From a virus, in IMG/VR virus record IMGVR_UViG_3300045988_149572: 64,000 nt of DNA; one strand, 5' to 3'. The notes under the pieces are model-generated. The model worked only from the letters and a program-made list of their open reading frames with translations. It was not told the origin of the DNA and searched no databases. Of the stretch, positions 20,391-29,353 are shown piece after piece. Both the position numbers and the translations under genes were made by a program. Position 1 is the stretch's first letter. Every line of letters begins with the position of its first letter.

Positions 20391-22832
20391 ATGGCAGAAG
20401 TAACGATTAAACTTGACAGCCCTATTTCAATAGTAGATAAGGGCACTCCATCAACAACAAACCTTCCTAATGGAAGTATTGCATTAGAGAAGGATAAAAA
20501 TAATAATTTAAAGATATACGGAAATGTAGGCAATGGAGTTGTCGATATAGAAAGAGTTGACGCATTAGATAACGGAGATGCATCCGCATCATTTGTGGCG
20601 GGTCGTAACCTTAAAGTTAATGGTTGGGAATTTTATTGGAAAGATGTTTGGGAAGAATCAGAACCATCGGCTATTAAACATATAGAAAGTGCAGGTGTTA
20701 ATGCTGCCATTAATGAAATAAAAGGAACTGGAGCCGATGTGTCTGCTTTCACGTTCCCGACAACTAAAGATGAATTTATTGCATATCTGAAAACTATTAC
20801 GTTTGATTTCAGCAATCAACCTAATCAAGTATCTGGTTATGGAAGTGTTACATACGGTATTATGAATAAAAATGCTGGAACAACTACTATTGTGGAAGGT
20901 ATGTATAATGATATATCTAATAAAATGCATAGGTCACATATAGAAGGTCAACATATGACTATTCCAGATGTAGAATATGCATTATCTTGCCATGTAGAAG
21001 GACAGGATTGTAATATTGTAGGATATGCTTCAATTTGTCATCTTGAGGGCAATGGTTCAGCAGTAGTTCATTCTATGGGAAAGAATGTAGGATTCTTCAG
21101 CGAAGCTTGTGCCTGTCATGTTGAAGGCGGTGGCGGAGTTGCTGGGGGAGCATATTCTCATGTAGAAGGAGATGGTTGTGCAGCTCTTAATTATGGAGCG
21201 CATTGTGAAGGTAAAGGCTACTATAAAAACAGTGTTACCGATTGGAAAAAGCGAACAGATAAAGACAATGACTATTTAAAAGATTTATGGAAAAAGATTC
21301 TATTCGGGAAAACTGACACAAGTGGTTATACTTATAAATTTTCAGCAGCAATAGGGAACGCATCGCATGTCGAGGGAACAGGTAATATCGCACCTAAAGC
21401 CTCTGCAACTTTGGAAGGTCTTGATACAGGTGCTACTGCATCATTTGTTAATGGGGCGAATCATGCAGAAGGAGCAGGTAATTTAGCTGGCGCCGCAGCT
21501 TCTCACGCTGAAGGCATTAGAAATGAAATAGGGCATAATGCCTACGCCTCCCATGCTGAGGGTATTAAAAATACTACCCAAAACAGAGCAGAGCATGCTT
21601 CTGGTCAATATAACAAATCAAACAAAGCGACAGATACATTTGGAGATTCAGGCAACACCTTGTTCTCAGTAGGTTGTGGTACATCGGATGCTGATAGGAA
21701 GAATGCTTTTGAGGTGATGCAAGATGGAACATGTAAATATTATGATGTTGATACAGGAGAACAGATAAATGTTGGTGTTGCAAAAGAATTATCAAAACCT
21801 TTTGATTTGACGATAGGAAGCACAACTAAAAAAGTTAATGGTAAATCGGCTGTTACTTTTTCTGCTGAAGAATTTACAGATAAATTCAATGGAGTTTTAA
21901 TACAGAAATTAACTACGGCAAGTACGGAAGCTGATATAAGAAGAGCATTTACTGATAATGGAACTGTGAAATTTCCAACTCCAGGCAGTATTATATCTAA
22001 ATTAGATGGAGGTAATAAAGGTATTGTTGTTTCATTAAGTGAACCTGATGTTACGACATTGGGACGAAGCATAGTTGTATATTATGGTGACGGAACTTAT
22101 ACTATTGTTGTAAAAAATGGCTTTACTAAGGTATTAGTACCTTGGAGAAAAGACAGCTCTTTAAGAGACCTGTACATCTCTGCGGGTGCGGTGTACAACG
22201 AGGCAACAGGCTTCTACGAACTGAACGGGCTGAAGGACATTACCGAGGAGGAGATGAGGGTGATATACACGCAATGGCAAAAAGATGTTGGAACTGCGGG
22301 ACATAATACAGGATGGCTAACACTACCTCCGAATATGCGTACAAATTTACCAAGTCTATATCGAGCAGATTTAATAAGCGCATTGTCTAACAGCATAGGC
22401 GGTTCATCTGTGGAAGTCCTCTGTATTGCAGAGCAATCGAACGACACCCGTGTTATGTACGTAGCCGCAACACAGGCTGTAGCACAAAATAATATGCCGA
22501 AGTTAAGGAGAGTGATTGGGATTTGGCGTTACAATGATAAGAATCCGTATAATTTCAATTTCACCTATGGGCAACCGTTCAGCAAATGCCCATTACTCGA
22601 AGAGATAAGAATGTCTAAAATCAACAAGTCGCACACCTTTGCTGTATCGCCCAATCTTAGCAAGGAATCAGTGCTATATATGATAACTAACGCCAACCCA
22701 CCGAGCGGAGCGGCAGCGGGCAGCATAACAATCACACTTCATCCCACAGCCTATACCCGTCTGAAAGATGATGCGGACATTGTGGCTGCACTGGAGGCAA
22801 AAGGAGGAGTAATAACATTAGTATCAGCATAG
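20391..22832 (+). CDS. tail fibre with beta-roll / YadA-head-like repeats
   Basis: 813 aa. Reiterated xHVEG/xHAEG units (SHIEGQ, CHVEGQ, CHLEGN, SHVEGD, SHAEGI, SHAEGI). Closing motif LFSVGCGTSDADRKNAFEVMQDGT. The N-terminus is shared with the 18488 gene. Confidence 0.7.
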   Translation: MAEVTIKLDSPISIVDKGTPSTTNLPNGSIALEKDKNNNLKIYGNVGNGVVDIERVDALDNGDASASFVAGRNLKVNGWEFYWKDVWEESEPSAIKHIESAGVNAAINEIKGTGADVSAFTFPTTKDEFIAYLKTITFDFSNQPNQVSGYGSVTYGIMNKNAGTTTIVEGMYNDISNKMHRSHIEGQHMTIPDVEYALSCHVEGQDCNIVGYASICHLEGNGSAVVHSMGKNVGFFSEACACHVEGGGGVAGGAYSHVEGDGCAALNYGAHCEGKGYYKNSVTDWKKRTDKDNDYLKDLWKKILFGKTDTSGYTYKFSAAIGNASHVEGTGNIAPKASATLEGLDTGATASFVNGANHAEGAGNLAGAAASHAEGIRNEIGHNAYASHAEGIKNTTQNRAEHASGQYNKSNKATDTFGDSGNTLFSVGCGTSDADRKNAFEVMQDGTCKYYDVDTGEQINVGVAKELSKPFDLTIGSTTKKVNGKSAVTFSAEEFTDKFNGVLIQKLTTASTEADIRRAFTDNGTVKFPTPGSIISKLDGGNKGIVVSLSEPDVTTLGRSIVVYYGDGTYTIVVKNGFTKVLVPWRKDSSLRDLYISAGAVYNEATGFYELNGLKDITEEEMRVIYTQWQKDVGTAGHNTGWLTLPPNMRTNLPSLYRADLISALSNSIGGSSVEVLCIAEQSNDTRVMYVAATQAVAQNNMPKLRRVIGIWRYNDKNPYNFNFTYGQPFSKCPLLEEIRMSKINKSHTFAVSPNLSKESVLYMITNANPPSGAAAGSITITLHPTAYTRLKDDADIVAALEAKGGVITLVSA

Positions 22833-22836
22833 AATT

Positions 22837-23286
22837 ATGATAACAAAACAGAACAACGAGATTTTCAGCACGACAGGAAAGTACGTGCATATCATAGGAA
22901 CAGACAACTATTTCAAACGGGGACTCGCTATCGGTCTGTCGGTAGAACAGTGCGAGGAAGTGGACGAAGTGCCGCAGACCATCAACACCAAAGCCTATGA
23001 AGACAAGGTAGACAGCCTTATCCGCAACCGCTACTCGCTCAGCGAGGAACTCGGCACACTGCGACAAAAAGACGTGAAGAAAGCGGAATATGACGCTTAT
23101 TTCGCCTACTGCGAGCAGTGCAAGGCGGAAGCGAGGGAGTGGTTGAAGGAACATCCTAACGGCGATTTGCCGCCATTGCCGCAAGTGGAAGAAGTGACGG
23201 ACTATCTTTCGGAAACAACTGACGATGTTGTGGGATTTGGCAATAAAAAAAGGCAGCAAGGGCGAAGTCCCCACTGCCTATTATAG
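22837..23286 (+). CDS. hypothetical protein (fibre-associated by position)
   Basis: 149-aa ORF starting 5 nt after the fibre gene stop. Its last ~12 codons run through a terminator-like hairpin. Confidence 0.5.
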   Translation: MITKQNNEIFSTTGKYVHIIGTDNYFKRGLAIGLSVEQCEEVDEVPQTINTKAYEDKVDSLIRNRYSLSEELGTLRQKDVKKAEYDAYFAYCEQCKAEAREWLKEHPNGDLPPLPQVEEVTDYLSETTDDVVGFGNKKRQQGRSPHCLL

Positions 23287-23318
23287 TTTCGCAAGGGCGA
23301 AGCCCCCACCGCCTATTA
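23256..23318. repeat. two imperfect 28-bp direct repeats, each able to form a hairpin
   Basis: gcaagggcgaagtccccactgcctatta (23256-23283) and gcaagggcgaagcccccaccgcctatta (23291-23318). Confidence 0.7.
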
Positions 23319-23371
23319 CACAACAAAGATAGAAAACAATATTGAAAACCACAAAATGAAACAGAAAAAAA

Positions 23372-23860
23372 ATGACAGGAACGGCAGTTAATAATAGCCT
23401 ACGCATAGGCACGGCAAGTATGGGAGTGTTCATAGGCGAAATCAGCACACTGCTCTGGGATATGCGGTGGCTGATGCTCCTCGCTGGAGTGTTGATTATT
23501 GTAGACTTGTGGCTCGGTGTTCACAAGTCTATCTCCAACAACGTTGACATCCGAGCGAGCCGCGCTCTACGGAGAACAATGATGAAAATAGCCGACTATT
23601 TGTGCGTCGTGATACTCGGGGCGGTGGTCGGCAAGGCACTCGGAGAACCGCTCGGATGCTCCGCTATCGTAATCGCCGTGGTGCTTATGTCGATAGCGTG
23701 TTTGTGCGAACTCGACAGCATCATCAGCAACTGGGGCGAAATTAAAGGAGTGAAGATAAACGTCTTCAAAATAGTTCTCGGTCTTGTAGGCTACAAGCGC
23801 AAGGAACTTGGAGAAGCACTGAAAGGAACAATTACAATCACTAAAAAACGGAAGAAATGA
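23372..23860 (+). CDS. holin (candidate)
   Basis: 162 aa with three to four hydrophobic helices and a basic tail (KKRKK). ATGA overlap with the endolysin gene. Confidence 0.55.
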   Translation: MTGTAVNNSLRIGTASMGVFIGEISTLLWDMRWLMLLAGVLIIVDLWLGVHKSISNNVDIRASRALRRTMMKIADYLCVVILGAVVGKALGEPLGCSAIVIAVVLMSIACLCELDSIISNWGEIKGVKINVFKIVLGLVGYKRKELGEALKGTITITKKRKK

Positions 23861-24264
23861 AATACTTTACGTTGAACGAACTGACACGGAGCGACACCGC
23901 CACAAAGAATAAGATAGACAACACACCGACAGCGGAAGCAGTGAAGAACTTGACTGTCCTTGTAGACAAGGTTCTCGACCCGTTGCGTGAGATGTACGGC
24001 AAGCCGATATACATCTCCAGCGGCTACCGCTGTCCACGGCTGAACAAGGCTGTCGGAGGTGTCGCTGGCTCACAGCACAAGACAGGACAGGCAGCCGACA
24101 TCAATCAGCGAAGCCGCGAGGAGAACGCGCGTGTCTTTAAACTGATTGAGGAGAACCTTGACTTCGACCAACTGCTGTGGGAAAACGGCGGTCAGTGGGT
24201 ACACGTCAGTTATCGTGCTGACGGCAAGAACAGAAGGCAAGTGAAACGACTTTGGAAGAAATGA
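23857..24264 (+). CDS. endolysin, peptidase M15 (D-Ala-D-Ala carboxypeptidase-like)
   Basis: SGYRCPRLNKAVGGVAGSQHKTGQAADI matches the M15 zinc-site signature. 135 aa. Confidence 0.85.
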   Translation: MKYFTLNELTRSDTATKNKIDNTPTAEAVKNLTVLVDKVLDPLREMYGKPIYISSGYRCPRLNKAVGGVAGSQHKTGQAADINQRSREENARVFKLIEENLDFDQLLWENGGQWVHVSYRADGKNRRQVKRLWKK

Positions 24265-24366
24265 TTTATTAACCAGACAATGGAACGCGCTCTTTGACAT
24301 ACGGAATCACCGAAAAAAACTACAAAATTTTAGCGGAATTATATACAATATTTCGATAAAATTATA

Positions 24367-24374
24367 TATCTTTG
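24367..24374 (+). promoter_or_regulatory. Bacteroidota -7 box (TATCTTTG)
   Basis: Matches TAnnTTTG in the AT-rich gap upstream of the 24450 gene. Confidence 0.45.
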
Positions 24375-24449
24375 CATAGAAAAGTCCCATATCGGCTAAA
24401 TATGAGACTTTTATAAATTCGGCACACCGCCAAATAAAATTTTAATCTT

Positions 24450-25052
24450 ATGCAAGATATGATAAATTTATCGAAACGGCAAGCATTCTCGAAAGAGGAT
24501 GCAGTTGAACTGCTTAGGCAGAATGCAGTACAGATATTCAGCGCCTTTGATGAAGCGTTGGACAAGTACAATGTAGAAATTCAACAGACAAGTCCACTTG
24601 CTCGGACACGGTTGGATTCGCCACTGTTACACGCGAAAATTACAGACAGCTTCATTGCTACATTCCCAGAGAATACTATTATCGGCAAATACCGCAGAAT
24701 CATTTTCCGCTATGTTGGTAATGGTAATAAATGCCAGCTTATAATCAAGAAGCTAAGCAAATCGAGCCGACCATCATATATAAGCACTCGACTGAGCAAC
24801 ACTATATTGTCACAAGGTCAATGCGAGTTGTTTGATGGAGAAGAGAGCGCCAAGCGAGAACCTTTATTGATTTTTGGCTATACAAAAGACAGGTTCGGTA
24901 ATTTGACAAATCCGAGAATCGTCTATTTTGACGAAGAGCCAGTTTGGGAAATTGTTCCATCGGACTTTGCCTCTGCATTGCCGAATATGGACAGTGTAGA
25001 ACATATCGAAGTAAAGCCAAAAAGGAAACAAAGAGAGAAGAAAGCAGAATGA
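24450..25052 (+). CDS. hypothetical protein (first gene of accessory cassette)
   Basis: 200-aa ORF with its own promoter box. Visibly more AT-rich than the flanking lysis genes. Confidence 0.55.
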   Translation: MQDMINLSKRQAFSKEDAVELLRQNAVQIFSAFDEALDKYNVEIQQTSPLARTRLDSPLLHAKITDSFIATFPENTIIGKYRRIIFRYVGNGNKCQLIIKKLSKSSRPSYISTRLSNTILSQGQCELFDGEESAKREPLLIFGYTKDRFGNLTNPRIVYFDEEPVWEIVPSDFASALPNMDSVEHIEVKPKRKQREKKAE

Positions 25053-25097
25053 CAATAACTGGTGGTGTGCCGTTTTGTTTATCAAACCGATTTAGTT

Positions 25098-26177
25098 ATG
25101 GAAAATAAGCAATTGACATTCGCAAGGGAATACAGAGGATTGTCGCAGACAGAATTGGCAAAGCGAGTTGCTGGCTTATCGCAATCCAACCTTTCAAAGT
25201 TTGAAAAATTAGGAGGTTCTTTGTCAGAAACCGCATTGCGCAATGCAATGAAGGCTCTTGAATTTCCTTTCGAGTTTCTCAATATAGAAATCAACAACAA
25301 TCCCGAGAGCAAACACTACCGCAAGAAAAATCAGATTGGAGAGAAGGACAAGACAAAAATAGATAGGTTTGTATCGACTGCGGCTTATGTGTTCGACAAC
25401 ATTCTTGATGAGTTTGAAGCTCCTCCTTTTAATTTTCATTACCTTGATGTGGAGAATGGAATAAGCCCGGAGGAGGCTGCAAGACAGACACGCAGAACGT
25501 GCCGAATTGGATGTGGCGCAATCCGTAACATCTGCAATCTTCTGGAACGCAATGGTGTGTTTGTGTATTTTTGGGATTGCGAGTATAAGGATTTTGACGG
25601 GGTGTCGCTTGTCTCCGACAAGGGGAACCATATTGTTGTCGTCAACAAGAATATGCCGAACGACCGCATCCGCTTTTCTCTTGCCCACGAGCTTGGACAT
25701 TTGATAATGCACAACAGTATGTTCATCGTCCTTGAGGCGAGGGATAAGGAAAAAGAAGCCAATCAATTTGCGGCGGAATTTTTGATGCCAGAGAGGGAGA
25801 TAGGTAGTGCTCTTCTGAACTTGAAACCATCGGCATTGCCCCTGCTGAAGCGAATGTGGCTGACATCAATGTCGTCTTTGGTTGTGCGTGCGAAAACTCT
25901 CGGGAAAATAGACAGCAACAGATACAAAATGCTTATGACAGAATTGAGTCGTAAAGGATGGCGCACAAACGAGCCTATACAGGTGGAGCTTGACAGCCCG
26001 ACATATTTGGCGGATGCGGAAAATATGTTGCAGGATGAATTCAATTTGGACTATACAGAGCAAGCAAGGATGATGTCCTTGCCAGTAGATATACTCAGAC
26101 TGATTTTTCAAGGAAAAGCGATGACAAAGATGTTGAAACCGTTGCTTCTGATAAATCAGCAACCGAACACTCCATAA
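25098..26177 (+). CDS. XRE-type HTH fused to ImmA/IrrE (M78) zinc metallopeptidase
   Basis: N-terminal FAREYRGLSQTELAKRVAGLSQSNLSKFE helix-turn-helix. HExxH in SLAHELGHLIMH. The track ORF begins at 25062; ATG at 25098 (MENKQL) is preferred. Confidence 0.8.
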   Translation: MENKQLTFAREYRGLSQTELAKRVAGLSQSNLSKFEKLGGSLSETALRNAMKALEFPFEFLNIEINNNPESKHYRKKNQIGEKDKTKIDRFVSTAAYVFDNILDEFEAPPFNFHYLDVENGISPEEAARQTRRTCRIGCGAIRNICNLLERNGVFVYFWDCEYKDFDGVSLVSDKGNHIVVVNKNMPNDRIRFSLAHELGHLIMHNSMFIVLEARDKEKEANQFAAEFLMPEREIGSALLNLKPSALPLLKRMWLTSMSSLVVRAKTLGKIDSNRYKMLMTELSRKGWRTNEPIQVELDSPTYLADAENMLQDEFNLDYTEQARMMSLPVDILRLIFQGKAMTKMLKPLLLINQQPNTP

Positions 26178-26258
26178 TGGAGATGTGCTTAAAAACGCTG
26201 GGGCGGTGATTCCGAATGTCGGAGTCGCCGCTCCTTTTGTCATAAACGTTTTTGAGAT

Positions 26259-26687
26259 ATGAGAGATGACGAGAAATGCAGATATGTCTGCGTGGTGATA
26301 GGCTGGGTGCTGATTGCCGTGCTTGCGGTGATGTGCCTCGGATGCAAGTCGGTGCAGTATGTACCTGTGGAGTCTGTGCGCACCGATACGTGCTACGTGA
26401 ACAAGATTCGCACCGATTCCGTGTATGTGCGCGACTCGGTGGTCGTGGAGCGCAGCGGTGACACAATCAAGGTGACTGCGTGGCGGTGGCGCGAGCGGTA
26501 CGTTGTGCAGCGCGACACCATCTATCGGAGCAAGACGGACAGCATTGCCGTACCTTACCCCGTGGAGCGCAAACTCTCTCGATGGGAAAAGACGAAGCAG
26601 GACATCGGCGGCATAGCCATCGGTGCGTTCATCGCCGTTGTGTCGGCGGTCGTGATTTGGTTGGCGGTGAAGAAGATGCGGAAATAG
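26259..26687 (+). CDS. unimolecular spanin candidate (lipoprotein signal plus C-terminal TM)
   Basis: N-terminal signal VVIGWVLIAVLAVMCLGC with a possible lipobox. Beta-rich repeats (VRTDTCYV, IRTDSVYV, QRDTIYR). C-terminal helix IGGIAIGAFIAVVSAVVIWLAV followed by KKMRK. Confidence 0.45.
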   Translation: MRDDEKCRYVCVVIGWVLIAVLAVMCLGCKSVQYVPVESVRTDTCYVNKIRTDSVYVRDSVVVERSGDTIKVTAWRWRERYVVQRDTIYRSKTDSIAVPYPVERKLSRWEKTKQDIGGIAIGAFIAVVSAVVIWLAVKKMRK

Positions 26688-26741
26688 AAAAAAAGCCCCC
26701 GACTAAATAAAATATCACCACAACATCCTATTTATCAACAC

Positions 26742-26794
26742 ACGTTCCGTGCGGTGTCGGGAGCCAATTATGCCTGAATCGCACGGACGTTTTG
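26742..26794 (+). terminator. terminator-like long hairpin
   Basis: acgttccgtgcg (26742-26753) pairs with cgcacggacgt (26780-26790), followed by TTTT. Confidence 0.4.
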
Positions 26795-26860
26795 TGTCTT
26801 GTAAAGATAAAGCGGATGTTGTGGTTCGGCAAAGTTAAGAAATTAAATAGGGAAAATCAA

Positions 26861-27166
26861 ATGAAAACAATCGAAATCTTTGCCGAGGCTGTGAAATTCG
26901 CCTCAGAAGCATCCGACATTCCGAGCGACAGGATATTGTCGGAGAGCCGCGACGCTGACGTTGTGGACGCAAGAATGCTCGTCATACAGACGCTTTACGA
27001 CATCGGTCTGTACCCGCGTAGGATAGCCGAGATGTTCGGAATGACGCCATCCAACGTGCGCCATCTGCTGACTGCTGACAATCGGAAAGAAACAAACAAA
27101 ATCTACGCAAACAACTTGCAAGCATTACGCAAGCACATAGCAAGCATCTTCTTTGACACCGAGTGA
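26861..27166 (+). CDS. small DnaA-domain-IV-like HTH protein
   Basis: SRDADVVDARMLVIQTLYDIGLYPRRIAEMFGMTPSNVRHLL resembles the DnaA C-terminal DNA-binding domain. Start taken at ATG 26861. Confidence 0.5.
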   Translation: MKTIEIFAEAVKFASEASDIPSDRILSESRDADVVDARMLVIQTLYDIGLYPRRIAEMFGMTPSNVRHLLTADNRKETNKIYANNLQALRKHIASIFFDTE

Positions 27167-27223
27167 TTCCGTGCGATATTTGTGATGCGGTTGATATTGA
27201 CCGTAATTTAAAATCAAACCATT

Positions 27224-27754
27224 ATGACAGCGGAAGAAATGTTGGCGATGAGAGGAGTCGCCAAGAACGCTTGGGGAGAAGAGGAGAGCCGCCCTTGCTA
27301 CAAGAGAGGACATAGCGGACAACGAGCCACAGGCATCGCACTCGGTGCGGTAGGTGTGGGTCTTGCCATCCTCGGCATCCCATTGGCATTGGTTGCCGCA
27401 AAAGCATTCGCATCCAAGGCGGAGGCAGTGGCTAACGGCAACTCGCAGATGATTGGGGAAACCAACAACCTTGTACGCACTGTGGCGGCAGGGTTGCAGA
27501 TGGAGTCACAGAACAGAGAGAACGCAATCCTTATGGAGCGCAAGGAACGTGTCGACAGCACTCCATCGGTGCAGAGCTACATCGACCTTGCAGTGGGAGC
27601 CGGAGCATACAGCGGTAGTTCGGCGAACTCGCAGGCGGCAGCCACAGCGGCAAACGTCTATGCGAACAATCCTGCGATGGAGAACTTCTCATTTGTGAGA
27701 ACGATTCCTTATTCTCAACCTCAGCCGTGTTGCACTCCGTGCTGCAACGGTTAA
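27224..27754 (+). CDS. membrane protein, Cys-rich C-terminus
   Basis: 176 aa. TM helix GIALGAVGVGLAILGIPLALVAA. Ends in PQPCCTPCCNG. Confidence 0.5.
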   Translation: MTAEEMLAMRGVAKNAWGEEESRPCYKRGHSGQRATGIALGAVGVGLAILGIPLALVAAKAFASKAEAVANGNSQMIGETNNLVRTVAAGLQMESQNRENAILMERKERVDSTPSVQSYIDLAVGAGAYSGSSANSQAAATAANVYANNPAMENFSFVRTIPYSQPQPCCTPCCNG

Positions 27755-27808
27755 CGGACAGCGGAGGGCGGTGGCACGTCTGCCGTCTTCCGCTATTTCG
27801 TATATGTT

Positions 27809-28153
27809 ATGGGACTGTTCAGACGTAATATTGACCTTAAACGTATAGACGAGATGATTCCTACAAGCAAATTTGACTTGAAGATGCAATGCCTTTCCAT
27901 AGCGAGGGGCGATGTGGACAAGGCAGTCAAACTATATGATTTTGTCGCAGGAGGACTTGACATCCCAGATGTCACCGCACCGCCACCGACAACGATGCAG
28001 CAGGTGAAGAACATCGCCGGGAGCGTGTTCGGCTGGGTGAAGGAGAACAAGGACGGACTGCTTGAGGCATACAACGTGGTAAGGTCATTGCGCAACGGCA
28101 GTGTAGTGGAAACAGCGGCAGAGGCGGTTACCGACCTGCCGCCATTGGAATAG
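27809..28153 (+). CDS. hypothetical protein
   Basis: 114-aa ORF in the same-strand block. Confidence 0.45.
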   Translation: MGLFRRNIDLKRIDEMIPTSKFDLKMQCLSIARGDVDKAVKLYDFVAGGLDIPDVTAPPPTTMQQVKNIAGSVFGWVKENKDGLLEAYNVVRSLRNGSVVETAAEAVTDLPPLE

Positions 28154-28157
28154 AGAT

Positions 28158-28361
28158 ATGGAAATAATGCAAATAACGATTCCGGTGTATGCGGAGAGCA
28201 AGGACGAGGCTGACGGAATGCGCCGTGCATGGGTGGACTTCTCCAACCAGTTGCGGTCAAAGGGATGTGTGGTCACTGCCGCCAAGACATCCGAGGCACT
28301 GAAGGCTTGGAACGCCAACGCTCTTGTAAGAGCCGGAATACTCAAACATTACAAACGATGA
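28158..28361 (+). CDS. hypothetical protein
   Basis: 67-aa ORF starting 5 nt after the previous stop. Confidence 0.4.
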   Translation: MEIMQITIPVYAESKDEADGMRRAWVDFSNQLRSKGCVVTAAKTSEALKAWNANALVRAGILKHYKR

Positions 28362-28519
28362 ACATAGTGCAAGCATTGAAGGCGATATTTGACCTTCTGA
28401 AAAAGAACTACGAGACAGTGTCGGCAAACAACAAATATCTTGAGAAGATATATGAGAGTCTGACAACGAATGACATATCGTTCACTGACACACCTGATGA
28501 AGGTGAACCGATTGACTGA
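28358..28519 (+). CDS. hypothetical small protein
   Basis: 53 aa from an internal ATG forming an ATGA overlap with the previous stop. Confidence 0.35.
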   Translation: MNIVQALKAIFDLLKKNYETVSANNKYLEKIYESLTTNDISFTDTPDEGEPID

Positions 28520-28548
28520 TTTCAGGTAACTTTAAAAATTGGATAGTT

Positions 28549-28956
28549 ATGATTAATGTAACACCTATCGCAATTACCGCCACATCCCAGGAATATGCCT
28601 GTAGTGTGGTGGAGAATCTCTGCCAGGCATACTGCCTCGCTCAGAGCATTCAACCTCAGTCCGCAGTTTCCTACAGCATCGCATCGCAGGAAACGATAAG
28701 CGGAACAACGTTTGTCACCGTGCAGGCAACGGGGACAGTGACTTATCAGCCTCGCAACGGCAAGTGTTGCTGCAAGCCGCAAGTGAAGATGTTCACCGAG
28801 TCATTCGACATCATCTTCAAGGGCAACGGTACACCGGCACTTGCCCTTACGCAGGGTGTGACAAGTCGGGCTCCGGCAAACGTGAAGTGCAACGGGAACG
28901 TTTATGGTTATTCGATGGTTACTGACGTGACCATTACCGCCACCTTTCCCGGATAG
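28549..28956 (+). CDS. hypothetical beta-rich, Cys-containing protein
   Basis: 135-aa ORF containing GKCCCKPQ. Confidence 0.45.
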   Translation: MINVTPIAITATSQEYACSVVENLCQAYCLAQSIQPQSAVSYSIASQETISGTTFVTVQATGTVTYQPRNGKCCCKPQVKMFTESFDIIFKGNGTPALALTQGVTSRAPANVKCNGNVYGYSMVTDVTITATFPG

Positions 28957-28958
28957 CA

Positions 28959-29243
28959 ATGTGGCATCTGGTGCGGATAGTGTTGGCTTGCGTGCTGCTG
29001 AACCATCTCGGTCTCGCAGAAGAAATCGCAAGAAGGCTGACGGGTAAGAAACGTCTGCTTCCGCTGACGTGCTCCAAATGCCTCAGTTTCTGGTGTTGTC
29101 TGCCATATTCCGTCATCATCCTCGGATGGAATGTGGTGGACTGCATCAGTGCCTCGCTTCTGTGCGCCTATGCCGCTTTATGGTTTGAATTGCTTTTCAG
29201 TATTGCGAACAAATATTATGGAAGACTATGGGAACAATTGTAA
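28959..29243 (+). CDS. small membrane protein
   Basis: 94 aa with at least two hydrophobic helices. Starts 3 nt after the previous stop. Confidence 0.45.
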   Translation: MWHLVRIVLACVLLNHLGLAEEIARRLTGKKRLLPLTCSKCLSFWCCLPYSVIILGWNVVDCISASLLCAYAALWFELLFSIANKYYGRLWEQL

Positions 29244-29353
29244 AATACATTCCACCGAAGAAGACGGTGTACAAGACCGCCACGAAGATCGTGTGTCCGA
29301 AATGCGGAAAGAATTAGAACGCTTCGTGCGGTGCTTCCATCTCGGCAGGGAAG

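Noticed and set aside
23256-23318. The duplicated 28-bp hairpin-forming repeat as a regulatory RNA or att site.
   Set aside because: It sits exactly at the end of the fibre operon before the lysis genes and is followed by T-rich sequence. A duplicated terminator is the simplest reading.
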